Below, piece by piece: positions 1-15,287 of a DNA stretch of 64,000 bases. The stretch is from Rhodoferax sp. (GTDB lineage Bacteria > Pseudomonadota > Gammaproteobacteria > Burkholderiales > Burkholderiaceae_C), in the NCBI GenBank assembly GCA_041910275.1, contig JAYRRD010000147.1, forward strand, positions 16,493 through 80,492, given 5' to 3'. Below the pieces are notes generated by a model. The model was not told where the DNA came from. It saw nothing but the letters and a program-made list of their open reading frames with translations, and did not search any database. The position numbers and the translations under genes are program-made. The stretch's first letter is position 1. The number at the start of each line of letters is the position of its first letter.

Positions 1-739
1 GTACGTCTTGCAGCGGGTAGTACAGGTGGTACAAAGTTTCGTCATGTGCGGTCCAGAAATCGCCAGAACCCAAGGTGCCAGGGGTGAGCAAACCCGGCCA
101 TCGCGCCAGTCCCCCTGGCAAATCCTGTCGGTCATGCAACTGAAAAGACAGTCTGGTTTGCACCTGTAGCTTGCGACGGAGTTGCGCGTCCAGCTGGCGC
201 CCCATGACCACCGTGCCAACGTAGGCACCACTGGTATCCGAGCGGGTGATGTTGGCCCGACAGGTCAGCAGCAGGCCCGCATCGGTGTCCATCAGTCCAC
301 AGGCGGTTTCCTGCTCCGCTTTCTTGAGCCACTGCGCGTAGGGACCGGATTGCAAGCCAGACAAATCCAGCGTGCCGCCCCCGCGATTGCGCGTTGTCAT
401 GGAGACCAGTTCACCCTCGGCATCGTAGACCATCACCAGCGACAAATCTGCTGGCTCCATCGAATGGGCGCCAATGTTTTCCTCGGCCCAGGCTGCACTG
501 GGTGCTTGCACATAGTTGTACATCTCGGTCCAGACGGCCCAGTCGCGCGTCTGGCTGTTCAAATGGCCCAGGCCCGACTCCAGGCTTTGCACCACGCGCC
601 CCATGTGTGCGCTCAAGTCACGGCGTTCAATCCCGTCATAACTTTCGCTCAGGCTGTAGTGCAGCAAGCCCAGGCTGATTCCTGCCATCAAACCGAAGCA
701 GATGATAAAGGTCAATAGTATTTTTGGCCGAATACCCAT
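1..739 (-). CDS. CHASE4-domain membrane sensor protein, N-terminal part; the 3' end of the gene lies outside the window
   Basis: Absent from the ORF track because there is no stop codon in the window. The reverse complement from the ATG at 739-737 reads MGIRPKILLTFIICFGLMAGISLGLL (TM helix), then ...TRDWAVWTEMYNYVQ...AYVGTVVMGRQLD..., which looks like a periplasmic CHASE4 sensor domain. I saw no stop down to position 2. Confidence 0.6.
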   Translation of the reverse strand, partial: MGIRPKILLTFIICFGLMAGISLGLLHYSLSESYDGIERRDLSAHMGRVVQSLESGLGHLNSQTRDWAVWTEMYNYVQAPSAAWAEENIGAHSMEPADLSLVMVYDAEGELVSMTTRNRGGGTLDLSGLQSGPYAQWLKKAEQETACGLMDTDAGLLLTCRANITRSDTSGAYVGTVVMGRQLDAQLRRKLQVQTRLSFQLHDRQDLPGGLARWPGLLTPGTLGSGDFWTAHDETLYHLYYPLQDV

Positions 740-882
740 AGCCACGTTCACCCGTTTGCTCCTTGCTGGTTTTTTTCATCATAGCAGGCTTGATTTGCCC
801 GGCGGTGCATCCGTCGAGAATTTGCAATTGCAGGTAAACTGGCCCAGGCAAGGTTTCCACTCATTCGTACAAGGAATTTTTC

Positions 883-1332
883 ATGCGTAAGGTCACTGCA
901 TTTTTTGCGTCGATAGCTTTTGTTTTCCTCGGCCTGTCTGCGGCCTTCGCAACGCCCAGGGATGATGCCATGGACCTGGTGAACAAGGCGGTGGCGCATG
1001 TCAAGGAAGTGGGCAAGGACAAGGCGCTGGCAAGTCTCAACGATCCGAAAGGGCCGTTTGTCAAAGGCGAACTGTATGTTTTTGCCTACGGCATCCAAGG
1101 AGTGATTGTTGCCCACCCGATGAACGCCAAGCTGATTGGCAAGGACATGACCGAGGTAAAAGACTCGGATGGCAAATACTTTACCAAGGAGTTCATCGCC
1201 ACGGCCAACGGTCCCGGCAAGGGCTGGGTGGATTACAACTGGACCAATCCGGTGTCGAAAAAAATCGAAGCCAAGTCCTCTTATATCGTCAAGGTGGGCG
1301 ATATTTTTGTCGGATGTGGCATTTACAAGTAA
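883..1332 (+). CDS. periplasmic single-Cache (sCache_2-like) domain protein
   Basis: 149 aa. Signal peptide MRKVTAFFASIAFVFLGLSAAFA. Motifs GELYVFAY..VIVAHP..GKD..KDSDGKYF..GWVDYNWTNP..KSSYIVKV..GCGIYK are typical of Cache sensor modules. It lies directly upstream of an MCP. Confidence 0.75.
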   Translation: MRKVTAFFASIAFVFLGLSAAFATPRDDAMDLVNKAVAHVKEVGKDKALASLNDPKGPFVKGELYVFAYGIQGVIVAHPMNAKLIGKDMTEVKDSDGKYFTKEFIATANGPGKGWVDYNWTNPVSKKIEAKSSYIVKVGDIFVGCGIYK

Positions 1333-1380
1333 GACAAGTAGGCCGGGCTTGTGCGCGGCACACCGATTGCGTGAGTCTCC

Positions 1381-2940
1381 ATGAATCTGTTTAACAAGGT
1401 ACTGATTGCCCCGGCGGTAACGATTGTGCTCATGCTGATTCTGGGCATGCTCGGTTATCTGACGATGCATGCGCAGCAATTCGCACTGGAAGAATTGTTC
1501 AACAACCGGTTCAGCCATGCATCCATCGCAGCGGACATGCGCAGCGACGTTCTGCGCGCCCATTCACAGGCCTACCGGGTTCTTACCTGGAGTTCCAATC
1601 GGGACAACGGGTATATTGAAAAGGAAACCAAGGTGTTGCTAGCGGATTTTGACCGTGACGCTGCCGCATTTTCCACCTGGGCATCCGCTTCGGATCTGGA
1701 CCAGGAGGAAAAATCCCTGGCCGGAAAAATGGTCGCTCAGATCGCAAAATACCGAACCGCGCTGGCCAATGCCCTGGACATGGCAACGGCAGACCTTAAT
1801 GCCGGCATCATGGTCATGCAATCCGCTGACGATCATTTTCAGCAGTTGAGCGCGTCGTCCGAAAAACTGGTACTCCTGGAACAACAGCTCGGCAAAGGTG
1901 ATGTGGATCGGTCGGCCCGCGCATTCAGGCGCATGCTGGCCACGGGTCTCATGGTGTTGCTGGCATCCATCGCCGTTGCCGGGGCAGTGAGTGCCTTTAT
2001 GGCACGCGGCATCAAGGGGCAAATCGGTGGCGAGCCGTCCGATGTCGCCATGATCACACAGTCGCTGTCCCAGGGTGACCTGTCCGTGGCCATTGCGCTC
2101 AGGAACGGCGACCAATCGAGTTTGTTGTACGCGATCAAGGCCATGCGTGACAGCCTTGCGGACATCGTTGCCAATGTGCGCCAGGGCTCCGAAGGTGTCG
2201 CCGCCGCCAGCTCGGAGATCGCCCAGGGCAACCACGACCTGTCCGCCCGCACCGAATCGCAAGCCAGTGTGCTGGAGCAGACTGCTGCATCCATGGAACA
2301 ACTCAGCGCCACGGTCAGGCAAAACGCAGACAGCGCTCGCCAGGCCAATCAACTCTCCATGGGCGCATCCAGTGTGGCCGTCAAAGGCGGTGAAGCGGTG
2401 GCCCAGGTGGTGGACACCATGCAGGGCATCAACGATGCCTCCCGCAAAATATCGGAAATCATCGGGGTCATTGACGGCATTGCCTTCCAGACCAACATTC
2501 TGGCGCTCAATGCGGCGGTGGAAGCCGCCCGCGCGGGCGAACAGGGGCGCGGTTTTGCCGTGGTAGCCAGCGAAGTTCGCTCCCTGGCCGGACGCAGCGC
2601 GCAGGCCGCCAGGGAAATCAAGACACTGATTCATTCCAGCGTCGAGCGGGTCGAGCGGGGCACCGCACTGGTTGATCAGGCGGGCGCCACCATGACGGAA
2701 GTGGTCAACTCCATCAAGCGCGTAACCGACATCATGGGCGAAATCAGCACAGCCAGTGACGAGCAGTCTTTGGGTGCGTCCCAAGTCGGTGAGGCCGTGA
2801 AGCAGATGGATCAGACCACGCAGCAAAATGCCGCGCTGGTGGAAGAAATGGCCGCAGCGGCCAGCAGTCTCAAGAACCAGGCACAGGAACTGGTTCACGT
2901 GGTGGCCGTGTTCAAACTGAATGCGTTTGACCAACCGTGA
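1381..2940 (+). CDS. methyl-accepting chemotaxis protein
   Basis: 519 aa with an N-terminal TM and ligand-binding region, a second TM, HAMP, and the conserved MCP signalling hairpin [37 protein letters not shown]. Confidence 0.95.
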   Translation: MNLFNKVLIAPAVTIVLMLILGMLGYLTMHAQQFALEELFNNRFSHASIAADMRSDVLRAHSQAYRVLTWSSNRDNGYIEKETKVLLADFDRDAAAFSTWASASDLDQEEKSLAGKMVAQIAKYRTALANALDMATADLNAGIMVMQSADDHFQQLSASSEKLVLLEQQLGKGDVDRSARAFRRMLATGLMVLLASIAVAGAVSAFMARGIKGQIGGEPSDVAMITQSLSQGDLSVAIALRNGDQSSLLYAIKAMRDSLADIVANVRQGSEGVAAASSEIAQGNHDLSARTESQASVLEQTAASMEQLSATVRQNADSARQANQLSMGASSVAVKGGEAVAQVVDTMQGINDASRKISEIIGVIDGIAFQTNILALNAAVEAARAGEQGRGFAVVASEVRSLAGRSAQAAREIKTLIHSSVERVERGTALVDQAGATMTEVVNSIKRVTDIMGEISTASDEQSLGASQVGEAVKQMDQTTQQNAALVEEMAAAASSLKNQAQELVHVVAVFKLNAFDQP

Positions 2941-2975
2941 GACACCGAGGCTGCAAAGCCTTGTGTAACGTCCCT

Positions 2976-6212
<3,237 letters not shown>

Positions 6213-6226
6213 AGGAACTATCTGCC

Positions 6227-7321
6227 ATGACGCCGACAACCGAGCGCGCCACCATCCTTGCTGTCGATGACACCCCGGCCAACCTGAGCCTGCTCAACGC
6301 GCTGCTCAAGGAACATTACCGGGTCAAACTCGCCAACCACGGCGCCAAGGCACTGCAACTGGCCGCCAGCGCGCCGCCGGACCTGATTCTGCTGGACATC
6401 ATGATGCCGGAAATCGACGGCTTTGAGGTCTGCCGCCAACTCAAGGCCAACCCGGCCACGCAGCATATCCCCATCATTTTCCTGACGGCAAAGACCGAAG
6501 TAGCCGACGAGGAGCAGGGTTTTGCGCTGGGTGCAGCGGACTTCATCCACAAGCCCATCAGCCCGCCCATCGTGCTGGCGCGGGTCAAGGCGCATTTGCA
6601 GAGCAAGGCCTGGAACGATTTTTTGCGCGACCAGAATACCTGGCTGCAACACCAAGTCGAGCAGCGGCTGTCGGAAATCAACCATTTGCAGGATGCCTCG
6701 ATCTATGTCATGGTGTCGCTGGCCGAGTTCCGCGATGAATGCACAGGCTACCACCTGCAACGCACCCAGGAATACGTGCGGCTGCTGGCGCAGGAGCTGG
6801 CACGCAGCAAGCCGCAGTACACGCAGGAGCTGACGCCGATGCTGATCGAACGCATGGCCAAGTCGGCACCGCTGCACGATATTGGCAAAATTGCCATTCC
6901 CGACCATATCCTGCTCAAGCCGGGCAAACTGTCCCCCGAGGAATTCGAAATCATGAAAACCCATGCCCAGCGCGGGTTTGAGATATTGCAACGCGCCAGC
7001 ACGCACATGGGCAAGCGTGGCGCATTTCTGGCGCAGGCGCAGGAGATAGCCCGCTCGCACCACGAGCGCTGGGATGGCAAAGGTTACCCGCAGGGACTGG
7101 TCGGCAGCGCCATCCCGTTGTCGGCGCGCCTGATGGCCGTGGCCGATGTGTTCGATGCGCTGCTGGCGCGCCGCCCCTACAAGGCACCCATGGCGCTGGC
7201 CCAGGCCGCAGCGCTGATTGTCCAGGGACGTGGGCAGCAGTTCGACCCCGACATCGTGGACTGCTTTGAAACCCTGCTGCCACAATTCGAGGCCATTGCC
7301 CTACGCTGGAGCGACGCATGA
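6227..7321 (+). CDS. response regulator with HD-GYP phosphodiesterase domain (RpfG-like)
   Basis: Receiver ILAVDDTPANL...LLDIMMPEIDGFE...K, followed by HD-GYP motifs LHDIGKIAIP and HHERWDGKGYPQGL. Confidence 0.9.
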   Translation: MTPTTERATILAVDDTPANLSLLNALLKEHYRVKLANHGAKALQLAASAPPDLILLDIMMPEIDGFEVCRQLKANPATQHIPIIFLTAKTEVADEEQGFALGAADFIHKPISPPIVLARVKAHLQSKAWNDFLRDQNTWLQHQVEQRLSEINHLQDASIYVMVSLAEFRDECTGYHLQRTQEYVRLLAQELARSKPQYTQELTPMLIERMAKSAPLHDIGKIAIPDHILLKPGKLSPEEFEIMKTHAQRGFEILQRASTHMGKRGAFLAQAQEIARSHHERWDGKGYPQGLVGSAIPLSARLMAVADVFDALLARRPYKAPMALAQAAALIVQGRGQQFDPDIVDCFETLLPQFEAIALRWSDA

Positions 7322-8568
7322 ATACACCGCATAATAATCAATTAAAAATGATAGCTATTCCCGCTCATTCCATGAGGGTTGCAGCCCGATTTGGCCTGTT
7401 TTTCCTGGCCTGCACCGCGCTGCCTGCGGCGGCCATCGAATGGTCCTGGTCGGGCTACGGCACGCTGGGTTACGCCCAGTCTGACCGGGGCTACACCTTT
7501 GAACGCTTTACGAATGACCAGGGAACGCTCAAGCGTGACTCGATTTTCGGGCTGCAACTCACTGCCGACTTCAACCCGCAATGGGGCGCCACGCTGCAAA
7601 CCACGCTGGCGCCTTCGGTCAGCGACGACAACGCCTCGGAAGTCACGCTGCCCTGGGCCTTTGTGTCCTGGCGCCCCGAAAACGAGTGGCTGCTGCGTGC
7701 GGGCAAGATGCGCATGCCCATGTACCTGAATTCGGAAAACCTGAGCGTGGGTGCCTCCTACGAATTCATGCACCTACCCACCGAGGTCTATTCCACCGCA
7801 CCGACCAACGACTTTACGGGCCTGGCTTTCACACGCACCTGGCCTGGTACGCAAGGCGAGTGGAGCCTGGACGGCTTTTGGGGGCACACGCGGCTGCCGA
7901 TCACCACTGGCAATGGGCAAAGCAGCCAGACCAGTGACCTGCATACCCGCTCGGGTGGATTGATGTTGAACCTGCACCGCAACGAAGACACCTACCGCAT
8001 CGGCGTGCAGCAAGCGTATATCGAAGTGCCCACCGGCGGCATCGGCCAGTTGCCCGGTGGTGGTCCGACCAATGTACCGCCTGCGCAGGCAGCACAACCT
8101 GCACCGCCACCAGCACAACCACCACCACCGCCTGCCCAATCTGCCCCACCTGTACAGCCCACAGAAATCGACACCCAGGTGTATCTGCTCGGCGCCGATA
8201 TAGCGCTGGGCCACGATCTGCGCCTGGTCAGCGAACTGGCGCGCCGACGGGCTCTCAACCTGATCACGCCCAAGAATTCAATGGGCATGTATGCCAGCTT
8301 GCAGAAAAAAATCGGGCCGTGGCGCCCCTATCTGACATGGGCACGTCTCATGACCGATGCCGAAGCACGCCAGAACGACTACGACGACCAGACTTCGCTG
8401 GCGCTGGGCAGCGCGTACGTCCTGTCGCCCAACTCCCGAATCAAGGCCGAATGGATGCGCGTATACATTGGCGGCGCCACCAGCCTGGTGCGCACTACGG
8501 GGGGGCAAACTGCCATCAGCAACCAGAACCTCCAGATTGTGTCCCTGTCCTACAGTTTTGCGTTCTGA
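7318..8568 (+). CDS. putative outer-membrane beta-barrel protein with Pro/Ala/Gln-rich insert
   Basis: 416 aa with an N-terminal signal-like segment FGLFFLACTALPAAA, amphipathic beta-strand-like sequence throughout and a C-terminal ...LSYSFAF aromatic terminus. A low-complexity PPAQAAQPAPPPAQPPPPPAQSAPPVQP segment is present. The true start may be MRVAARF near 7372. Confidence 0.5.
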   Translation: MNTPHNNQLKMIAIPAHSMRVAARFGLFFLACTALPAAAIEWSWSGYGTLGYAQSDRGYTFERFTNDQGTLKRDSIFGLQLTADFNPQWGATLQTTLAPSVSDDNASEVTLPWAFVSWRPENEWLLRAGKMRMPMYLNSENLSVGASYEFMHLPTEVYSTAPTNDFTGLAFTRTWPGTQGEWSLDGFWGHTRLPITTGNGQSSQTSDLHTRSGGLMLNLHRNEDTYRIGVQQAYIEVPTGGIGQLPGGGPTNVPPAQAAQPAPPPAQPPPPPAQSAPPVQPTEIDTQVYLLGADIALGHDLRLVSELARRRALNLITPKNSMGMYASLQKKIGPWRPYLTWARLMTDAEARQNDYDDQTSLALGSAYVLSPNSRIKAEWMRVYIGGATSLVRTTGGQTAISNQNLQIVSLSYSFAF

Positions 8569-8577
8569 CATCCTGCC

Positions 8578-9011
8578 ATGCGCTACGAACCTTTCCTGCT
8601 ATCCCTGTTGCTGTTATTGCCTTGCGGCGTGGCGCACGCCGACATTGCGCTGATTGCACACGCCAGCATCGCCAAGGTTGACGAAGACACCGTGCAGAAG
8701 ATTTTTACCGGGCGGGTCATCGAAGTGGGCGGTGTGAACGTGGTGCCGGTCAATGCCGGCAGCGGCAGTGTGCTGCGCAACCGTTTCCTCAAGGCATTTC
8801 TGAACCAGGACGAAGAAAAATACACGGCCTACTGGACGGTGCGCCGCTACATCGGCAAGGGCAAGCCGCCACGCGAGCTGGCAGGCAGCGCCGAAATCAT
8901 CGCCTTCGTACAGGCCACGCCTGGCGCCATGGGCTATGTCGAGGAAGCCGATCTGAAATCCGGTTTATCCGGTTTATCCGGTCTATCCGGCCTGAACGTC
9001 TTGCTGCGCAA

Positions 9012-9015
<4 letters not shown>
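8578..9015 (+). CDS. small periplasmic PstS/PBP-like domain protein
   Basis: 145 aa. Signal peptide MRYEPFLLSLLLLLPCGVAHA. The pattern IALIAHASI..VDEDTVQKIFTGR...VVPVN...GS..R..F.. resembles short phosphate-binding-protein-like domains. The C-terminus carries an (SGL)n repeat. Confidence 0.55.
8959..8994 (+). repeat. in-frame 9-bp tandem repeat (tccggttta x about 4) encoding SGLSGLSGLSGL
   Basis: Read directly: tccggtttatccggtttatccggtctatccggcctg, near the 3' end of the 8578-9015 CDS. Confidence 0.9.
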
Positions 9016-10562
<1,547 letters not shown>

Positions 10563-13409
10563 AGCTACCATGATGTATGCGCCAGGCGGCGTCGGGCTGC
10601 CAGTTGCGCGCCCAGTCTGGCATCGCGTCAGCAGGCATGGGGTGGGCAATGCCATGCCCTTGCGCCAACTCACAGCCCAGTTGCAGCAGCGCAGTGCCGT
10701 GCGCCAGCGTTTCCACCCCTTCGGCAACCACCTCACGCTTGAACGCCCGCGCCAGCCCGATCACGCCCGTCAGAATGGACAGGTCGTCGGGGTCGGTCAG
10801 CATGTCGTGCACAAAGCTCTGGTCAATCTTGATCGTTGCAGCCCGCAGGCGCTTGAGGTAAATGAGCGAGGAGTAGCCAGTGCCAAAGTCATCCAGCGCA
10901 AAGCGAATACCCATTTCGGCGCAGCTTGCAATCACCCTGGACACTTGCACCATGTCTGCCAGGGCACTGGTCTCCAGTATTTCCATCTCCAGACAAGCTG
11001 GTTCCAGGTCGGGATGCCGGGCCAGAATCGCCTGCAGGCGGGCCACAAAATCTGCCTGTTGCAATTGCCGCGCCCCCACGTTGACGCTGACCGAAATATC
11101 CAACCCCGCTGCGCGCCACTGCTCTATTTGCGTGAGGGCTGCGTCTATCACCCATTCGCCAACGGCGATAGCCAGGGGATGGTCTTCTATGATGGACAAA
11201 AACGCCGCCGGTGCCAGCAAGCCTCTTTGGGGGTGTTGCCAACGAATCAGCGCTTCGGCACCGACCACCTCGCCGCTGCGCATATTCACCTTGGGCTGGT
11301 AGTACAAAACAAACTGCTGGCGCTCCAGCGCTGCGCGCAGATGCTCCAACGCTTCATGGTGGGTACGAATGCTGCTGTCTTTTGCCGCGTCGAAGACGTA
11401 GAACCGATTTTTACCCGCCAGCTTGGCCTGGTACATGGCCTGGTCGGCCTGGCGCATGAGCTGGTCGGCCTGTACCTCGTCTTCATGGGCATAAAAGGCC
11501 ACACCAATGCTGGCAGATACCTGAAACTGCAAGCCCTCACCCTCCAGGTGTACCGGGTCCGCCGCCGCAGCCAACAGCAGCTTGAACATGCTTGTGCCGG
11601 CTGCCACATTGGGCAGGTTGAGCAAAACGGCCACAAACTCATCTCCCCCCACACGGGCCAGCGTATCGCCGTCACGCAGGACCGCGTGCATGCGACCAGC
11701 CAGGGCTACCAGCACCTGATCGCCTGTTTTGTGACCGTGGCTGTCGTTGATCAGCTTGAAGCCGTCCAGGTCCAGGTAGGCCACTGCCAGGCCCTGGGCA
11801 TTGCGCCGGGCCAGCGCCATGGCGTGCTGCAAGCGGTCGGTCAGGAGCGCGCGGTTGGGCAGATCGGTCAGCGCATCAAAATGGGCCAGATGCTCCAGCT
11901 CGCTCTGGTGGGCCTTCAGGGTGCTGATGTCCCAGTTGATGCCCACCATGCGCATGGGCTGGCCATTGCTGCCGCGTTGTATCTGTGCCATGGCACGCAG
12001 GTGCCGGATCTCTCCGGTGGGCCAAACCACGCGAAACTCGGTGTCATATTCCTTTTCCCCGCTGAAAGCGGCCTTGCGTTCAAAATCCAGGCGCAATGCA
12101 TCATCGGGGTGGACGCCGCGCTTCCACGCTTCATAGTTGCCACCAAAACTCTCGGCTGTGACGCCGTAGAGCGCATACATCGTGGCGTCCCAGAGCAGTG
12201 TATTTTCCCGAATGTGCCAGTCCCAAACGCCCAGGTTGCCGGCACGGGTTGCCAGCGCGAGGCGCTCACCCAGTTCACGCTGCTTTTCACTGGATCGGAT
12301 GCGCTCGGTAATGTCCCGCGCCAACACCACATAGTGGCGCTCAGGATCGCCGTTTCTGGGCATCAGCGCTACCGAGAGTTCAAACCAGGTCTCACCCTGG
12401 GGCAGTGGCAGCGCATAGCTGGCTCCCGTTGACCAACCACGTATGGATGCTTCGTGCAGCGCATCCAGACACACCTGGGCCGCCGCTGGCGGCAAAAAAT
12501 CGGCAAACACCTTACCCAGAAACCGCTCGGGCGGCACAGCCAGTAGTTCGCCGCGACGCGCGTGGTAGTTGTGAATGCGCCCATTGGCATCCACCTCGAA
12601 TAGCAAGTCGGGTATGGCGTTCAAGGTGGCTTCCAGGCTGGCTTGCGTTTCCTTGATGGCGCCAGCCATGGTATTAAAGCTCTTGGCAAGACTGGAGAAC
12701 TCATCTTCACCGGGGATGTGTATGGGATCATCAAAGTTGTTTCTGGCGATGCGGGCAGCGCCTTGTTCCAACGCAGCCAGGGCGTGACCGGCAGCGTTGG
12801 CCAGTCGGCGTACAAAAAAGAACACCGCCACCAGCAAGACGCCTGCCATGACGAGGGTAAAAACCATGGCATCAAAAACGTAGCGGTAGAGCTGGTTTTT
12901 GTTCACACTGCTGACGATGAGCCAGTTCCAGTTGGGGTACTGGGCAAAGGCGGCCAGCGCGTGGATGGTGTCGCCCGTCTGCGAGTGCAGGGTGTAGTCA
13001 CCATGGCCCTCGCGCTGGGCGATCATGGTGTGGATCTGGTTGGCGTCCAGCAAGAGGCCCTGCGCATCCTCCCCGGTCGAAAACACCACCGCATCCGACC
13101 GGGTGTCAATCACCACCATGGATGCACCCGGCGTCTGGTTCTTTTGGATGTCCAGCAATATCTGCTTTTTGGTGGCTTCAATGAAGAATTCGACTTTGGC
13201 CATCCCCAGGGCGTCCATCGCTTTGAAGCTGGCATCGCTCTTGGACAGCACATTGTTGACCGTGTTGATGAGCAACTCAAACTGCAATTCCGCCACCTTT
13301 TTGGCCGCGATGGTGAAATTGACCGCGATGATGATGGCCACCGGGATCACAATTGCCGGGTAAATAAAAAGCAGTAGTTTGTTCTTGAATTGCATCGCGC
13401 TGCACTGCG

Positions 13410-14315
13410 TTATCTGGTCAGCTTCAGAACGTTCAGATACTCGATGAAGGTCACGCCGTAGGATTGTTTCCAGTATGTGTCGAGGATAGCGGTTTCCTGG
13501 GCGTACCGGATGTATTTTTCCAACACATGTTTGAGCACGGTGTTCTTTTTGTTCACCGCCCAACCCATGATTTCCAATTCGCTGATGGGCCAGGCGATGT
13601 CAAGGTTTTTGTAGTTGGCCAAGGCGACGAAGGCCCGGTCGCTGTCGTACACCGTAAAGTCGGCCTGGCCCGTCGAGACCATCCTGTCCAGCGCATCAAA
13701 GTCCTCGGCGTTGATGTAGGTGAAGTGGATGTGCTCGGTACGTTTCAACTTCTCCAGGTTGAACTCCATGGAGGTGTTTTTCACCATGGCGCAGACCTTG
13801 TCGTTCAAATCGGCAACCTGGCGGGGTTTGTTGTCTTTGCGCGCAACAATCATCTGGCGACTGGGCACAATTTTTACGATGTCAAACATCTTCTCGCGCC
13901 AAGGCAGCACCGTGATGCCGTCCAGATACAGGTCCACGTTGTCAATCAGCGTGGGGACATAGGTGTAGTCCGGGTCCGTCTTCACCCGCTCGACATCTTC
14001 ACCCTTTTTGTAGAAGTACTCGCTCCAGGTGACCAGCTTGATGTCAATCCTGACCTTGGCCAATTTGGCAAACTCGTTGAGCACCTGATAATGAAACCCG
14101 GTGATGGAGCCATCTTGTTGCGGCATGTAAATCGTCGCACCCAGCTTGGTGGCAATCCTGATACTGCCTTTTTTGTGGAGCGCCCGGATATAGGTTCCCT
14201 CTTCAGCACTCCAGTTGGCACCTTTCATCGACAGCAGGGGGATGGATGCATCGTGCGCCGCACTGGCGACTGTACAGGCCAGCAGCAGCGCTACCGGGGC
14301 GAGATAACACTTCAT
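13410..14315 (-). CDS. periplasmic substrate-binding (SBP family 3-like) protein
   Basis: 301 aa. Signal peptide MKCYLAPVALLLACTVASA. SBP_bac_3-like layout (IRIATK...GF.YQVLNEFAK...DL.LDGITV...R...F). It ends 14 nt upstream of the GGDEF-EAL gene, so the two are probably co-transcribed. Confidence 0.75.
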   Translation of the reverse strand: MKCYLAPVALLLACTVASAAHDASIPLLSMKGANWSAEEGTYIRALHKKGSIRIATKLGATIYMPQQDGSITGFHYQVLNEFAKLAKVRIDIKLVTWSEYFYKKGEDVERVKTDPDYTYVPTLIDNVDLYLDGITVLPWREKMFDIVKIVPSRQMIVARKDNKPRQVADLNDKVCAMVKNTSMEFNLEKLKRTEHIHFTYINAEDFDALDRMVSTGQADFTVYDSDRAFVALANYKNLDIAWPISELEIMGWAVNKKNTVLKHVLEKYIRYAQETAILDTYWKQSYGVTFIEYLNVLKLTR

Positions 14316-14440
14316 AATGACTCCTTCATGACAGGGAGTCTAATCTCTCCAGCAAGCGAAAGTTGGCTGCAAGACGGGTTAAATCGACATAAAGCCCACA
14401 CCGTGCTGCTGATCGGCGCTTACTGTTTTTTGCTCTGAAC

Positions 14441-14619
14441 AGACCGAATGACGCCAATTTCATATCACCCGTGATATTAAAAAGCACAAAAGCCGCACTA
14501 CAGGTGCTCCCCGCAAGCCTTTGTGGCACGTTTTAGCCTCGATTTAGCCTTAATTCAGGTATCAAATCAGCCTCTAACGCCCGTGGGACAAGCGGGGAAA
14601 GCTATTGAAAACGTAGTAA
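14441..14619 (+). repeat. intergenic repeat family B, copy 1 (palindrome head tttcatatcacccgtgatat(t)aaa plus a ~140-nt conserved tail)
   Basis: Aligns by eye along its whole length with 57244-57405 (same orientation) and 38896-39075 (reverse orientation). Shared blocks include gccgcactacaggtgc, gtggcacgtttt(t)agcctc and cgtgggacaagcggggaaagcta.tgaaaacgtagtaa. Confidence 0.85.
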
Positions 14620-14630
14620 TTACTCGGTGC

Positions 14631-15287
14631 TTACTCGGTGCTGACCCGCAGCTGGATCAAGCGGCGTGCGTTGGCGCTGCGTGTGCTGCTGTAGCTGCCA
14701 GCGGGTGCTGTGGAGCCGCTGCTGGCAAGGGTCACCCATTGGTTGGGCATGGCGTTGATGGTGCTGGTGAACTGTTTGCGGGTGGTGGCGGGCAAGTCGC
14801 CGCTGATGCGCTCGTCCACCACGGCGGATTGAATGTCAATCTTGACCGCGACCGGCCTTCCCGCGCCCGGCCAGCTGGGGGTGACGATGAACTGCTGCCC
14901 CCCGGTCATCGTGGTCAAGCCCTGCGTAAAGCCGCCTGATTGGCTGTTTGCCCGGATACTGCCGGTGCTTGTGTTGTCCTTGGAATAGTCTGCCGCAAGC
15001 GTTGCGCTGTGGGCTTGCGCCTGTTGAATCCACAGCATCGGCATGGATTGCTCGATGTGCAGACTGGCCCGTTCCCCGTTGCGCACGCGCACTTGCTGGG
15101 ATGCAAAGTTTGGTCCACGCGGCGCGGTGCCGTAGCTACGCCCGGTCACGTTGGAGGCACCTTCCTGCGCCTCGCTTTCATCGATTTCCCGCAGGGAAAC
15201 GGTCAGATTCAGGTCAGGTAATTGGGAAAACGCGGCTGTGGGCAAGGCGCACAACAGCAGAACCAGGGCTCGCACCTGCGTACTCAT
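14631..15287 (-). CDS. hypothetical secreted protein, translationally coupled to flgN
   Basis: 218 aa. Signal peptide MSTQVRALVLLLCALPTAAFSQ. Its ATG overlaps the flgN stop (ATGA). I recognise no domain; the sequence looks beta-rich. Confidence 0.6.
   Translation of the reverse strand: MSTQVRALVLLLCALPTAAFSQLPDLNLTVSLREIDESEAQEGASNVTGRSYGTAPRGPNFASQQVRVRNGERASLHIEQSMPMLWIQQAQAHSATLAADYSKDNTSTGSIRANSQSGGFTQGLTTMTGGQQFIVTPSWPGAGRPVAVKIDIQSAVVDERISGDLPATTRKQFTSTINAMPNQWVTLASSGSTAPAGSYSSTRSANARRLIQLRVSTE

Noticed and set aside
1639-2934. 431-aa minus-strand ORF antisense to the MCP gene. The same class includes 2895-4202(-), 4100-4975(-), 4575-5306(-), 6218-7285(-), 9627-10439(-), 10537-12432(+), 13464-14438(+) and 17163-18230(-).
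   Set aside because: These are typical long shadow ORFs on the opposite strand of well-supported genes in high-GC DNA. Their translations are Arg/Gly/Ala/His-rich with no recognisable motifs, whereas the sense-strand proteins carry unambiguous domain signatures.
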